DNA from: Amoebidium appalachense
Lineage: Eukaryota; Protista; Ichthyosporea
NCBI GenBank assembly: GCA_963693365.1
Contig: CAVNZM010000016.1
Span: 1,164,131 to 1,221,170 of the forward strand
Reading direction: 5' to 3'
DNA length: 57,040 bases
This document shows positions 22,366-35,429 of this stretch, one piece after another. The notes beneath the pieces were generated by a model. That model was not told the DNA's origin. It worked only from the letters and a program-made list of their open reading frames with translations, and did no database searches. A program made the translations under genes and the position numbers. Positions within the stretch are counted from its first letter, which is position 1, and each line of letters opens with the position of its first letter.

Positions 22366-23755
22366 ATGAAAAAGTTTTACAGAGATTTTGAAGAGGGGAT
22401 CATGATGAAGGGCGTCCAGGGCAGTAAGGCTTCGACCAAGCCTGCCACAGGCGACGGTAGCCGCAAAAGCCCCCTAAAGGCCAGTCAGGGCAGTAGCAAC
22501 GCCGGGAACAAAGGGGGCAGTAAAGTGGCTGTGCCCGGTAAGGGTGCTGGGGGTACTGGCCTAAAGGCACAAAAGCCACAGGTGAAGGTGCGCAGCAAGG
22601 CTGAGCAGAATTCCCAGCGCATCATGCAGGGCATTGACACGACACCTGGAAACTACCGGCCGCGCAAAAATGGTGAGGGGTGCTTACTGTTAGTGTTTGT
22701 GAAGTACTTGCTTGCCCATATAGGTAGCAAGGTGAAAGCTTTTCCTGTTCAGTTTACCGTTGTTGCCCTGCAGCACACATGTACTGTATTTCAACACCAT
22801 CTCATTCAGAGATCATGTTGACAAGTTTGTGACAGTCCACTTGCGAAACATCATGGCTTCACGTAGAGTGTTAGTGGCTCTTGCCGCGCTACACGCAGCG
22901 GAGGCAAAAGGGGAAGGTGTTGCAGTGTCACGTTCGTTTACGTCACCCATTCCTTTTCGCGATGCAACAAAGTTTTTGTTGAAAGATGACTTTTCAAAAA
23001 CAGTCGTCAAGCACACTGTCGTGCCTGTATCTGAAACGTGGGCCGAACTCAAGCGCACCAAAGCTAGGTGCTCAATCACTAAGTGTGACGGGCACGAGGA
23101 CGACAGTTTTTGGTTGTCAAAGATGGAACCAAGTGACCTAGTTGAGCTTTACGACAGGCTCATCGTAGCTGAGGGGGGCTTGTATCTGTCAGATTCTCAC
23201 GTCGATGGTTCACAAATCACAGACAGTCAGTATCCCGACCTCACAGACTTCTGTAACCACATCCCCTTGGGCGTGCAACATTATGGAGAAGAGATGGAAG
23301 GGCTCAATCTTGCGCTAGCATACGCTCAGGTGTCGGTAGTCGGCATAACACGTTTCGCTGGTCACGTAGAAGATGCGGCCCTCCCTGCAGCAAACATTCT
23401 CGTTTGTGGTTACAAAGTTTGGTTCGTGCATCCACCATGGCAATACCCTCGCATCCTCGAACTTGCCCGCAAAGGCATCCCTGGATTGGAATGCGAGAAT
23501 CCATTGCAACACAAGTGTTTTCTTCCCCTCTCTGTTTCGTTTCTCCTATCACAGGGACTAGCCCCTGAGGTAGTTGTGCAGGGCCTAGGAGATCTCATTC
23601 AAACAACACCGCTTGCACTTCACTATGGGTTTCAGTGCGGGCCAAACGTAGCGTTTGCGGTGAACACTGCCACAAAGCAGTGGTTAAACCGCATGGCGGA
23701 ATACGTAGCGTGTAGCTGCTGGCTGCATTTCATGCCCGACGACTCCCAAAGATGA
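22366..23755 (+). CDS. KDM4/JMJD2-like JmjC histone lysine demethylase (probably two exons)
   Basis: FAGHVED (HxE), AANI, GYKVW, QGLGDLIQTTPLALHYGFQCGPNVAFAVN (distal His). KDM4-type Zn site CENPLQHK + CSC. Likely basic exon 1 at 22366-22672 with GTGAG donor. Confidence 0.88.
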
Positions 23756-24586
23756 TTCGTGCGTTTCACTCAGTTCAGCAGCACAATTTGCCCGTTGCTT
23801 GTGGTGCATCCCCCCCCCCCCCCCCCCCCCCCCCCTAACCCCCAAGATTCATACACTTCACAAAACCACCTTCCTCTCGAGGCATGCTTCATGTACTTTA
23901 CGGTTGGATTGTGACGTCCGTTGGACAGACATTGATTGGGAATTGTATGTGCGCTCGGTGTTTTGTCGATGCTCGAAGCATGCCTCATGCACTTTACGGT
24001 GGGATTGTGACGTCCGTTGTACAGACAATGATTAGGAATTGTATGTGCGCTCGGTCCTTTCTCGATGCTCTACAGATTAGTACAATATGTATGAGCCAAT
24101 AACCGACCCCCCCCCCCCCCCCCCAGTTCGGGTAGCCAGTATGAGCCCAGTGGAACCGAGGTGGAGGAGACCACCCCCAAGGGCGACAACAAAAAGTCCC
24201 GCCCCAAGAAGAAGGGCACGGACGATGCGGACCTCAGCAACCCCCTGAGGATGACCTATTACATGGTCATCCACTCCGAAAGGTATGTGAGTGTGTTTGT
24301 TGTTATGTATATTTTGGAGTTGGTAATGTGTTTTGTGATAACACTGTATTACTCTGCCGGCATTTGGTATGGTATGGTTTGGTGTAAGAGTGCCCACCTA
24401 TATTGTCATGTTGGGCGTCCTTTTTGTTTTTGGGCCTCATACACATACACACACCTCTTCTGTCAAGGGATTAGCATGTGTTTAGTTTAGTGATGTTGGG
24501 AGCTTCTTAGAAAACCGCATAATAGTTTGCTTGTTTTGAGTTTTGTTTATGTTCGTTGCTGCTCTTTTATACTCCTTCCCCCCCCC

Positions 24587-25196
24587 TGTAAACAGTTGAA
24601 CTAGTTGGGATAAGGCAGAGAACAACTGAATCAGAATAAAGACAGAGAACGGGTAGTAAGGCACACGCGGCCAGGTTACTATTTAATGTGCTCGTTCAGA
24701 GTGATCCCCCGTACTGGGACGGCTTGTTTATATAGCCCCCAGGTTCCGGATCATCTGGATGGGTGGCATTGATGCCTTCGTGACTTCTGACCAGTCAGAA
24801 GAGTGCGGTCGTCTTTATGTGCACACAGTGCACCAATAACATGAAGCTAACTAAAAGGATAACTTTGTGGCAAATGATTGGTCAATACTTAAGCCCGTTT
24901 AGGTTTATGCAACTGGGTCTGATTTCCTTATTGGTTCCGTTCGTTTAGCTATAGATGTCGCCTCCGTAGTGGATGAGACTTGCATTCCTATCCTAGCGGT
25001 TCTCGAATTCTATTGGTTCATACTGACTGCACGGCCACTGCATATTGCCGGCGCCGCGGCTCAGTCGTGAGCCGCAGCCCACGGCTGTCGCGTGTGATAT
25101 TGATCTGATCATATGTACACAATATCTACGTGATCACTATGATATGTACAGTATATTCGTAATAGTAAACATGTACGGCGTGTACAGATGTTTACA
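24587..25196 (-). repeat. LTR A1 (3' LTR) with adjacent polypurine tract
   Basis: TG...CA ends. CTCCCCCCCTTCTC (PPT on minus strand) immediately follows at 25197. Confidence 0.93.
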
Positions 25197-25261
25197 CTCC
25201 CCCCCTTCTCGGGAGCCTGGTGGTATGGTCTGGAGACGGTAAACCACCAGGCTGAGGGAAG

Positions 25262-25547
25262 TTAGCGACGTCGGCGCTTCTTTCGTGCGGGCTGGCTGGC
25301 AGGGCCGGCCACCAAAGTACCTAGGTAGTCTGTGAGTGCTCCTGCGGCTGTGTCTTGCAGGCCGGAGTGAGGTTCCCAGGTGTCGTTCTTAGCCGTGTAC
25401 CCGTTCCAACGAACTTTGTAAAGGGCTTGGGCAGTTGCCGAGTCGTACTTGTGGGCAATAATTTTTGCCACTTCGAAGGTGGGGGTGGGTGAATCTTGCG
25501 GACCAGAGTCGGCTGGCGTCATATCAACGTCGTCACGGGGAAAATAC
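25262..25547 (-). pseudogene. Integrase C-terminal chromodomain
   Basis: FEVAKIIAHK...YKVRWNGYTAKNDTWEP. Joins to ...RHLKPY at 41551 via shared GTATT. Confidence 0.9.
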
Positions 25548-26156
25548 TGTAAACATCTGTACACGCCGTACATGTTTACTATTACGAATATACTGTACAT
25601 ATCATAGTGATCACGTAGATATTGTGTACATATGATCAGATCAATATCACACGCGACAGCCGCGGGCTGCGGCTCACGACTGAGCCACGGCGCCGGCAAT
25701 ATGCAGTGGCCGTGCAGTCAGTATGAACCAATAGAATTCGAGAACCGCTAGGATAGGAATGCAAGTCTCATCCACTACGGAGGCGACATCTATAGCGAAA
25801 CGAACGGAACCAATAAGGAAATCAGACCCAGTTGCATAAACCTAAACGGGCTTAAGTATTGACCAATCATTTGCCACAAAGTTATCCTTTTAGTTAGCTT
25901 CATGTATTGGTGCACTGTGTGCACATAAAGACGACCGCACTCTTCTGACTGGTCAGAAGTCACGAAGGCATCAATGCCACCCATCCAGATGATCCGGAAC
26001 CTGGGGGCTATATAAACAAGCCGTCCCAGTACGGGGGATCACTCTGAACGAGCACATTAAATAGTAACCTGGCCGCGTGTGCCTTACTACCCGTTCTCTG
26101 TCTTTATTCTGATTCAGTTGTTCTCTGCCTTATCCCAACTAGTTCAACTGTTTACA
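25548..26156 (+). repeat. LTR A2 followed by primer-binding site TGGCGACCGCGCAG
   Basis: Reverse complement of A1. PBS starts at 26158, upstream of gag. Confidence 0.93.
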
Positions 26157-26208
26157 TTGGCGACCGCGCAGTTCCAGAATCTCACATCTTTCAAGAATCT
26201 CTTCAACC

Positions 26209-28778
26209 ATGGCGGGCGAATTTGACGACTACCCTGTACTCTCGGACAATGAAAGCAAACTGACACGTGACACCAAGAAGCCTACCGCAGTCAAACCGCC
26301 GCTCCCAACGCAGAAGAAAGCCAAGACTCCGGGGCAGGGCACGAAAACACTCCCCACCCCTCCCCCTACACAGCCTCGTGCTCCCCAGAAACCGAACACG
26401 ATCACAAAACCCAACACACACACGAACACAAAGGCAACTACGAAGCCCACTGGCAACGAACAAACGAAGCCCAACGAAAGCACGAAACCCAAAGACAAAA
26501 CGAAGCGCAACGAACACACGAAAACCAACGAACATACGAACACCAACGAACACACGAACACCAACAAACACACGAACGAACTTCAAGTAGCAACGAAGGA
26601 AAAAACGAAACAAGACCGGGACACTGCCACAGCTCTGGCAGAGGTGCGGGGCCGTGTTCTCTCCAAGTTCTATCGTATTGAAACTCTGAGACGTGCCATT
26701 CAAACTGCAATCGATGCTGGCCGGCCTGTGATGGACCTCGAAGCTGATGTCGCGCAGATTTACAGTGAGATTTCGCAGATGGAAGACACCACACTGTCTA
26801 GAATGTTGTGCACGTCCGCGAAATGGTCTGAGTTGGAGCGGGAAGCACAGTTGGTGGCTGAGGCACGTGTGAAAAATACGACGGTGCCCACCACCCCCCG
26901 TCCTCCCCCACCCACCACAGGCAAGAAGCCTTTGTCCCCGGTCCCATCTGGGTGCACTGATCCCAAGGTAATTGCACCTCCCGCACCCCCCACTAAATTT
27001 ACATATAAGGATGTGCTTGCGCGCACACTCAGCTACACTGATTCTGATGCTGAAAATGAAGAAAAACACGAACAAAGTTACGAAGACACACCCACAAACG
27101 AAAACGAACACATGACTGCGAAAGGGCATGAAGAAGATCACTTCGACCAGCCTAAAGCACCCGTATCTAACGAAATCCCCCTTGCAGGATCCCCTCTGGC
27201 GTCTGCAGGTGGACTGGCAGGCACGCCAAGTCGCCCGAGAGGCTCTGATGTCAGCACAGGCTCAGGAGGTAAGGCTGGGTCTATATTGAACAAGCACTTT
27301 GCAGAGCACGAAAAACTGTGGTTGCACCCTCTCCGCCAGTTGCATGCATCCGAATACGGCCCCATCTTGGCTGCATTGAAACTACCAGAATACAAGGGTG
27401 ACTTGCAGGATAAATGCACGGTGATTGAATGGCTGCACGAATTTTCCCAGCAGATGGTTTGCATTGCAGGGGTCCCCCCCACACTTGCTGTTCGCTGGGC
27501 GGTGCAGTGCTTTCCTCTTGCTTCCCCCGCCCGTGTGTGGTACACGAATTTTACCAGGACACAGGGAGAACTCACGTTTGATGCATTTGCACATACACTA
27601 GTTACGAAATTTCACGACCAGCGTGTGCAAGAGGCACTCAGTGCCGAATTAAATGCACTCAAACAAGGCAAGCAAAAGGTGGCCGAATTTGCAAGCAGGC
27701 ATGCGCGTTTGTGGGCACGTGTGTACCCCCTTAAGTCTGAGGCACACCAAATTTTGGATTTGTCTCACCGATTGGGTGGGGAAGACGAACAAGAATTTCG
27801 CAAATATCAACTTCTATGACAACTACTCCGGGACGTGTGTTGCCTCTAGGGGGACATCCCCTTGGACGAAAGTGAACCTGCAATGGTTGTAAACCACGGC
27901 AGGCCCCCAGTCATCAATTTATTGATCCGTGAGGTCCATGTGCCCAAAAAACGGGGGAAGTCTTCGCCCCGTGAAAAAACAGCACGTATGTGTGGATCAA
28001 TGGGGGTTGTGTGTGGGTGTAGGTGGGTGGGTGAAAAAGGAGTATATAGCTGTAAGACTGTGGATGCTAAACACAGATGATGTGTTTGTAGCTTGCTGAT
28101 CTGCTAAAAACTGTCGTGCTTATATACCTAAGCCTACCGATCTAAGCCAATCAAAACTCGATCTAGTGATATGTGAAATCTGATCCGAGCCAATCATAAC
28201 TCGGTATAGTGATCTGTGGTATCTGATGTTTTGACTGGCTAATAGGTGTCCGTGTGCGGGGAGCCAACCGCTAACTGCTAAAACACAAAATGAAGCCTAC
28301 ATGGTTATGTTGGTATCGAACACCCATCCTACGTATTTTCCCAGAAAAATATTTATGTCAATAATTTCCACAAATAAAACCCAGACAAACACGAAAAGAA
28401 GAAGAATTGACCCTGTCTGGAGTTGTTGCCTATCTCGCAGAAAAAGAAAGAGACAGGCACACACGCACCCCATCCACCATTCTAACACAGAAACCCCCCA
28501 CAAAACAGCAACCCGGTGGTGGATCTGGTGCCAGCGAGAAGCCGTCTATTTTTTCGCGCATGGGCACCACCCCCTGCAACCGTGGGTGCAAGTACGGCAG
28601 CCACGCCGAAGGCAAGACGTGCCCGGCCCTCAAATTCGAATGCCACTCCTGCAAGCAGAAGGGGCACTTTGGGGGGTCACCAATTTGCCCCAAGTACGAC
28701 CCCAACTTTAAGAAGGGAACCCGCAAGGCAGAGATTGAGGCTAATCGGGCCAAGTTCAAGAGAGCACGTGTAGAATAG
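26209..28778 (+). pseudogene. gag: Gag of element A, interrupted at 27812-28382
   Basis: LPEYKG...WL..F, ARVWY, LKQGKQKVAEF retrotransposon gag motifs. Resumes with zinc knuckle CHSCKQKGH...C. Confidence 0.85.
27812..28382 (-). mobile_element. Ngaro solo repeat remnant (A-spacer-B)
   Basis: Slightly diverged reverse complement of 35548-36116. Removing it rejoins gag (YQL-RQTRKEEELTL). Confidence 0.88.
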
Positions 28779-28871
28779 GAAGGCGGGCAAGGGACTGGTC
28801 TCTCCCCAGTAGAACATAATGTATTTGATTTAATAGCAGAGCTGGAACTGTGTTCCCCTCTGGCAGATAAA

Positions 28872-30648
28872 TTGCAAAATAAATCTACTGGTGCGGAAAT
28901 TTCTGTTGTCTCGGAGCCCTCCCACGAATCTGCATGTGCCCCACCCCCCCACGAACAGTTACCCCCGTGTACTGACCCCCCCATGCACACGCACACCCCG
29001 CCCCCGCGCAAAAAGAAAAATGTGCATTTTGCTGACCGTGTGCACTCCTCCATTGCAGAACCACGGCATGAAAATGCCACTGTGTGCACATTAACCCACG
29101 AAAATAAATGCACAGCCACACTTGCGCGAATGTATGTGCATGGGAAGCTAGTCACAGTAGTTGTCGACTCTGGTGCTAGCCATAGCTGTATAAGCACAGC
29201 ATTTTACGAATCTCTCCCTGTAGTGGCAAGAAAACGAATTCAGCATGTTCCTAATTTTAGTGTACTGGATGCACAAAGTAACGAAATGACATGCCAAGGA
29301 AGTATATCTCTCACTCTCGCCATTCCCAACGAATCTGCTCTAGTGGTGCACAGATGGCATGTGATTGATAATCTACCATATGATGCCTTATTAGGTGTTG
29401 ATTTCATGGGGCCACAACAGGGACGAATTGATTACGGTGCTGCAGAACTTTCGTTCATGTATGCTAAGGGAAATCGCAGGTGCAGTATTCCGGTGTGGTG
29501 GTTGCGTGGGAGTGCGGAGGAGACAGCTGTTTCTCGCGTATTAATTACCACCACAGGTATTCACCTCCCGGTAGATGCGTCAAATATCGCAACGTGTAAA
29601 ATAAAACTCGCTGCCGGCGCACCACCACCACGAACTTTAGACTGTTGTATGGGCACAGTGGTTCCATGTGGTCCACTTAATTCACGGGCTTACACAACAG
29701 CATGCAGTGTCACCAGTTTAGCTCGAATTTCGAATAACGAACCCCCCCTCTCCACTAGCGAAGAAAGTGTGATCGAGGACGAATACGAATGCAAGGTGTT
29801 GTTGACTAACACATCGGACCATCATGTGTACCTAGGCCCTGGTACGGAGGTGGCCATGTTTATTCCCTTGCAATCAGATGACACTGTTACTCTTTTAGCA
29901 CGTCCACACTCCGGTAATGGAACCAGGAGGGCGACAACCCCACACCCTGGCCATCCATTAGGTACCTCTGCTAAAACGAACTTTTCTTCGCAGGAATCAA
30001 CCGAAGAACCCAACGAACACGAACCACACACTTTCCAGGCGGCTACTAATATTAACGGTAGTATTAAGATGTGTGAACGGAGTAAAATTATGAATATGAG
30101 TACGAAAGAGAACACCACACAGCGCAGTTCCACGAAAATGAATGGTTTTGGTAATCCAGCACGAACAAAACCAGAGGTAGGGCCACCTACTATCGAAGCA
30201 GCAGATGGGGCACCATCTACCACTGCACTGGAGGATACGAATAATTTACGAAAGCGTACGCACGAATGTACCTCCGACGGGGAAGCCGCCACAGACGACG
30301 ACTTGCCTTTTGGGGTCAAACCTCCAGAAGAATACGACATGCCTGGAACTCCCCCAGACCAACGGAAACCGTTGGCGAAACGGATACGAAAACTGCTTAA
30401 GAAATGGAAGCATGTGATCTCTGCACACGACAACGACTTTGGTTTGAGTACCTTAGACGAACTGTCGATCGAAGTAACTACCACCATACCACAGTACCGC
30501 AGGCCCTATAACATCCCACATCACCTTCGCGATAGCCTACACAAACAAATTCAAAATTGGGTAGAGTTTGGAGTGATTGAGCCTGCGTCCAGCCCTTACT
30601 CCGCTCCGATGGTGTTGGTGGCGAAAAAGGACGGGTCTTTAAGAGTCT
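28872..30648 (+). pseudogene. pol: Pol of element A: aspartic protease and RT N-terminus, truncated by Ngaro insertion
   Basis: VVDSGASHSCI, ALLGVDF; RPY...GVIEPASSPYSAPMVLVAKKDGSLRV. Confidence 0.9.
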
Positions 30649-31038
30649 GGGTTTTATTTGTGGAAATTATTGACATAAATATTTTTCTGGGTAAACACGT
30701 AGGATGGGTGTTCAATACCAACATAACCATGTAGGCTTCATTTCGTGTTTTAGCAGTTAGCGGTTGGCTGCCCGCACACGGGCACCTATTAGCCAGTCAA
30801 AACATCAGATACCACAGATCACTAGACCGAGTTATGATTGGCTCGGATCAGATTTCACATATCACTAGATCGATTTTTGATTGGTTCAGATCGGTAGGCT
30901 TAGGTATATAAGCACGACAGTTTTTAGCAGATCAGCAAGCTACAAACACATCTTCTGTGTTTAGCATCCACAGCCTTACAGCTATATATTCCTTTTCACT
31001 CCTTTTCATTCTCCCTATCTTTCCCTACGCCGGTCAGC

Positions 31039-32208
31039 ATGCCGCCGAAAAAGCGCCAGGCCTCAGCCGCCGCCCCTGCCGCGGCACCTAAGCGCCTGAC
31101 CCGCAGCGACCTCCGCCACAGGCTGACCAACGCTCCCGCGGACACTGACGCGCCTCCAGCGGCCCATACCACCACGGACCCGGACCCGCCGGCTACTCTC
31201 CCCTCCACCCCTGAAGTCCCCCCTCAGGCCCCGCCGTCCCCGCAGATGACTTCTCAAGACGCCGTCCTGGCCGCCCTCACCGCCATCAGCACCCAGATGG
31301 CTGGCGTCCTGGCTGCTCTCACCAACCGCGACCCTCCCGCGCCCCCCGCCGCGCCCTCCACACCCGGGGAGGTTTCCCCGGGGCTGCATCTCGGCCCTGA
31401 CCTTGACCTGCCTGCCCTGCCCGCGCCCCCCATCACAGGTGAGAACACTGGCGACATTCAGCCGGGCACACTCCCGCTTCCCCCCGCGGATGTGCTGGCA
31501 GATTTGCGCGCCAATCGTTTCGTCGACCTGTATAAGTTCACCCCCGCCGCCCTCCTGGCCCCATCCAAGAAAGGTCAGCATCTGCGCATGGCCGACGACG
31601 GCAGCATCGAGACTTTTCGCCAAGACAAACCCGTTCCCCTGCGTTCACTCGTCATTTGGATCCAAGCTTGGACCCATTACATGGCCGCCAAGCACCACCT
31701 CGGCCTTCCCACGGACAAAGACGTACTTTGGACTCAGCACATCACTCGCCTCAGCACCCGATACCCGTGGGCCCAGATCCACAACTATGACGTATACGCC
31801 CGCACCGTGGCCCACCAGCAGGGTCGGGCTCCGATCGAGTGCCCCAACCTGCTCGCCCAACTCCACCAGGATCTCCTCCTGCCACCCACCCTGCTCATCC
31901 AGGACGCATGTCAGCGCTGTGGCTTCCCCGACCACCCCAGCGCGGCCTGCCCCATGTACCCCAAGCCCGGCTGTGGTCTTGACGGCTTTAAGCCGCCCCA
32001 CAAGCCCGGCGGGGGTCACACCCCTAACCGCCCTGGCCCGCAACCCGGCCCGGCCAAACCGGCCCGACCCGTGGATCTACCCGCGACGCACTGCAGGAAT
32101 TTCCACATTAACGGTCGGTCCTGCGCTAAGCAGCCCTGCCCCTTCTCCCACGTGTGCCCGCTCTGCTCTGGCACACACCCCCGCAAAGACTGCAAGCACA
32201 ATGCCTAG
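31039..32208 (+). CDS. Ngaro Gag-like ORF1 with zinc fingers
   Basis: WIQAWTHY...YPW...YD; CQRCGFPDHPSAAC and CRNF...C...C...HVCPLCSGTH...C. Confidence 0.88.
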   Translation: MPPKKRQASAAAPAAAPKRLTRSDLRHRLTNAPADTDAPPAAHTTTDPDPPATLPSTPEVPPQAPPSPQMTSQDAVLAALTAISTQMAGVLAALTNRDPPAPPAAPSTPGEVSPGLHLGPDLDLPALPAPPITGENTGDIQPGTLPLPPADVLADLRANRFVDLYKFTPAALLAPSKKGQHLRMADDGSIETFRQDKPVPLRSLVIWIQAWTHYMAAKHHLGLPTDKDVLWTQHITRLSTRYPWAQIHNYDVYARTVAHQQGRAPIECPNLLAQLHQDLLLPPTLLIQDACQRCGFPDHPSAACPMYPKPGCGLDGFKPPHKPGGGHTPNRPGPQPGPAKPARPVDLPATHCRNFHINGRSCAKQPCPFSHVCPLCSGTHPRKDCKHNA

Positions 32209-32880
32209 TCTACGCGCACACCCACACACACAGCTAGAACATAGGGGTTCGGAGCTAGGACACACGAGTACAGGGAAACGGAGCTCGGGAGAACGGGCCA
32301 ATAGGGCTGAGTACAAAATTTCGCAGGCCAACTACGGCGCCCGCGCGCGTCAAGAATAAATGTCCCTATACAAAGACGTTTATTCTGGCCACTGCACATA
32401 ATTTTACTCCCCCCCCCCCCCATCCCACGAGCCTCCCCCCCCCCTTACACTCACCTAGCACTCCCTCCCCCCCCCTTTCTTCTACCGCTGTGTCCGCCCA
32501 CACCCCCGCGTGCTCGGGCACATTCCCCTGCACAGGGCCCCGCTGCCCTCCCTGCCAACCCTCACTTGGGCCAAGCTGCCCTACTCTAACCCCCCGGGGC
32601 CCTGCTGCCCCCCCCCCCCCCCCCCCCCCCCCCCAACCCCCCCCCCCCCCCCCCCCCCCCCCCGCTGCCGGGATCTCCCCAAGGGTACACCACCCTTGCT
32701 AACCACCCCTTCCCCCGAGGCTCAGACCCGGAGGCCCGCCCGCTGCCCCAGCACCACATTGACACCTCCCGCCTCCGGGAACTGCTGGCCTCCTACCCGG
32801 ACCAACCATTCGCCGCACAACTCCTCCACGATGTCGAATTCGGCGTCGACATCGGCTATCGCGGCCCCTCCACCTCTCGG

Positions 32881-34347
32881 GTGGGCCCCAACCTACCCAC
32901 CACCCCGGAGGCAGCTGCCGCTATCACGGTGGATATTGCCAAAGAAGTCGCCCTCGGCCACCTGCGCGGCCCCCTCTCCCCGGCCCAATTCTTTGACGAA
33001 TTTCCCGTCCACCGTTCCTCCCCCATCGGCGCCGTTACCAAGAAAGGGAACCCCCCCAAGTACCGTCGAATCCACCACCTCTCCTGGCCCCGGGGTAGCA
33101 GTGTCAATGACAGCATCACCTACCCCGACGAACTTCAGTACATTCGCGCCCGGGATGTCACCCAACTCATTCTCGACGCAGGCCCCGGCTGCTACATGGC
33201 CGTGGCAGATGTGCAGGCTGCCTTCCGGCACATGCCCATCCGACCGGAAGACCACCACTTAATGGCATTCAAATGGCAAGGGCATTTTTACGTTGAAACC
33301 AGACTGCCCTTCGGCCTGAAATCTAGCCCAGCCATCTGGGAACGGATCGCGGCCACCCTACAGTGGCTGGCACACCAGCACGGTATTACCCTCATCCGCC
33401 ACTACGTAGACGACTGGATTATAGTCGCCCCCACACAACAGCAGTGCCAACGTCACCTATCCACCTTTCTGCAACTCTGCCGAGAGCTGCACATTGCCAT
33501 CTCCGAAGACAAGATGCAGGGCCCGGCTACCCGTGTCGTCTTCATCGGTATCGAATTCGACTCCATCGCCATGGAGGCACGAATCCCGGCTTCCAAGCTC
33601 TCGGACCTACTCGACCTCACTTCCCACCCAAAGCCCACCATCACCATTCGGGACCTCCAGTCCCTCCTCGGCAAACTCACCTGGTGTGCCCAGCTGGTTC
33701 CCCCCGGGAGGGCCTTCTCCCAGCGCCTATGGGCCCTTCTCCGGACCCACCCACACCTTGCCGGCCACCACCACATACGACTGACTGCTGCCGCCCGGGC
33801 CGACATAGCCGAATGGCACCAGTTCCTCACATCATGGAATGGGGTGCACCTCATCACACCCCCCACATACACCACCCTGGCCACTGATGCTGCCGGATCG
33901 GTGGGTCTAGGTGGCCACTGGCTCGACCAATGGTTCTTCATGCCCTGGTCCCCCTCCACCCAAGCCCTCTATGCTCATGAGGGTAAACTCGGTTCTTCCG
34001 TCATCGAACTCCTGGCCATCGCAGCCGCCGTGGCCCTCTGGGCCCCCTCCTGGTCCACCCACCATGTCCGTATTTTATGCGACAACACGGGTGCTGTGTC
34101 TGACCTGCACTCCCGGTCTTCCCCCCACCCCGTGATGGCCAAACTTATTCGGTTCATCACCCGCATGGAAATGCAATACCAATTTACGTTACAGGCATCC
34201 TACCTACCAGGACCCCTCAACCATCTGGCCGATGCCATTTCTCGTAACCAACTTCCCCGGGCCCGACGACTCCGACCTTCCCTGCAACCGGAGCCCTGCC
34301 CCTTCCCCTCCTGGGTCCACGAGTTCCTATCCCTTCCCTTGGGCTAA
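32881..34347 (+). CDS. Reverse transcriptase / RNase H (true start probably upstream)
   Basis: DVQAAFR, LPFG, YVDD; RNase H TDAA, IELLA, CDN, NHLADAISR. The frame is open upstream (GVDIGYRGP). Confidence 0.95.
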   Translation: MGPNLPTTPEAAAAITVDIAKEVALGHLRGPLSPAQFFDEFPVHRSSPIGAVTKKGNPPKYRRIHHLSWPRGSSVNDSITYPDELQYIRARDVTQLILDAGPGCYMAVADVQAAFRHMPIRPEDHHLMAFKWQGHFYVETRLPFGLKSSPAIWERIAATLQWLAHQHGITLIRHYVDDWIIVAPTQQQCQRHLSTFLQLCRELHIAISEDKMQGPATRVVFIGIEFDSIAMEARIPASKLSDLLDLTSHPKPTITIRDLQSLLGKLTWCAQLVPPGRAFSQRLWALLRTHPHLAGHHHIRLTAAARADIAEWHQFLTSWNGVHLITPPTYTTLATDAAGSVGLGGHWLDQWFFMPWSPSTQALYAHEGKLGSSVIELLAIAAAVALWAPSWSTHHVRILCDNTGAVSDLHSRSSPHPVMAKLIRFITRMEMQYQFTLQASYLPGPLNHLADAISRNQLPRARRLRPSLQPEPCPFPSWVHEFLSLPLG

Positions 34348-34397
34348 CCCCCCCCCCCCCCCCCCCAGATCTCCCGTTCCGGAGCAACACTGGCAGA

Positions 34398-35429
34398 TTG
34401 GCCCCCCACTTTGCTCCGGCCGAGCTGCTTCGAGCCACCACTACCCTGCAGGAATGCCAGGCCCTGAGTCTCAACCTCGACTCTCGGGCCTTTTACTCCC
34501 GGGTGCAAAAAGTGTTCATCGATTTCTGTGTGGCATCTCGGCTGCAATCCTCCTCCGGGTCCTCCCTCCCGGCCTCCCCACACACCGTGCAACTTTTTCT
34601 CGCCTGGTGTGCCCAACGAGGGGTACAGGCCTCTTCCTTAACCGGCTACAATTCGGCCATCACCAGGCTCCACCTCGACATGGGCCTCCCTGCTCCCTAC
34701 CCCCACGACAAGTCTCTGGCCTGGTTCCTACGGGGGGTGGGCCGATGGCAGCTTTCTCACAACATCCGACCCCGCTCATCCACCAGGGAACCCCTCCTCC
34801 CCTCCCACCTCCGCCTACTCCATGGCCAGTGCCCCACCAAGGCCTCCTCGGCCAATCTCCGGCTATGGACGGCCCTCATCGTCGGTTTCTGTGGTCTCCT
34901 CCGTTCAGGGGAATTTACCTCCAAGACCCTGACTTCTTTCGACCCGTCCCGTCACGTTAAACGGAAGGACGTGACCTTCAGCTACACCCCCACCGGTACT
35001 TTGTCCCATGCCACCCTCCACCTGCCAACCTCTAAGACGGATGTACAGGCCCGAGGTGTCAACGTCACCCTAGCTGCCCTGCCCCTCACCCACTTCTCCC
35101 CAGCCCATCTCCTCCGGCAGTTCCTGGATACAACGTCCGGTCAACCCGACGACCCCCTCTTCAGTCTCGGTGGCATCCCCTACACCAAGAGTGCTTTCTC
35201 TGCCGATTTCCGTGCCCTCCTCTCCCGGGCAGGCCTCTCACCCTCCCGGTTTGCCGGACACAGCCTCCGCATCGGGGGGGCCACAGCACTGGCTGAGGCC
35301 GGGGTCGACGACTCCCGGATCAAACAACTCGGCAGGTGGTCCTCCGACTGCTTCCTGATCTATACCCGACTTCGTCCGGCCTCCATTGCTGCCACCACCA
35401 CACGTGTATTCGCCTCTATTCTTAAGTGA
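34398..35429 (+). CDS. Tyrosine recombinase
   Basis: GLLRSGE, SKTD, GHSLRIGG, LGRWSS, IY: full catalytic set. Confidence 0.95.
   Translation: MAPHFAPAELLRATTTLQECQALSLNLDSRAFYSRVQKVFIDFCVASRLQSSSGSSLPASPHTVQLFLAWCAQRGVQASSLTGYNSAITRLHLDMGLPAPYPHDKSLAWFLRGVGRWQLSHNIRPRSSTREPLLPSHLRLLHGQCPTKASSANLRLWTALIVGFCGLLRSGEFTSKTLTSFDPSRHVKRKDVTFSYTPTGTLSHATLHLPTSKTDVQARGVNVTLAALPLTHFSPAHLLRQFLDTTSGQPDDPLFSLGGIPYTKSAFSADFRALLSRAGLSPSRFAGHSLRIGGATALAEAGVDDSRIKQLGRWSSDCFLIYTRLRPASIAATTTRVFASILK

Noticed and set aside
25262-25699. Stand-alone 145-aa chromodomain gene
   Set aside because: The N-terminal part is read-through from LTR sequence; the chromodomain is the displaced integrase tail.
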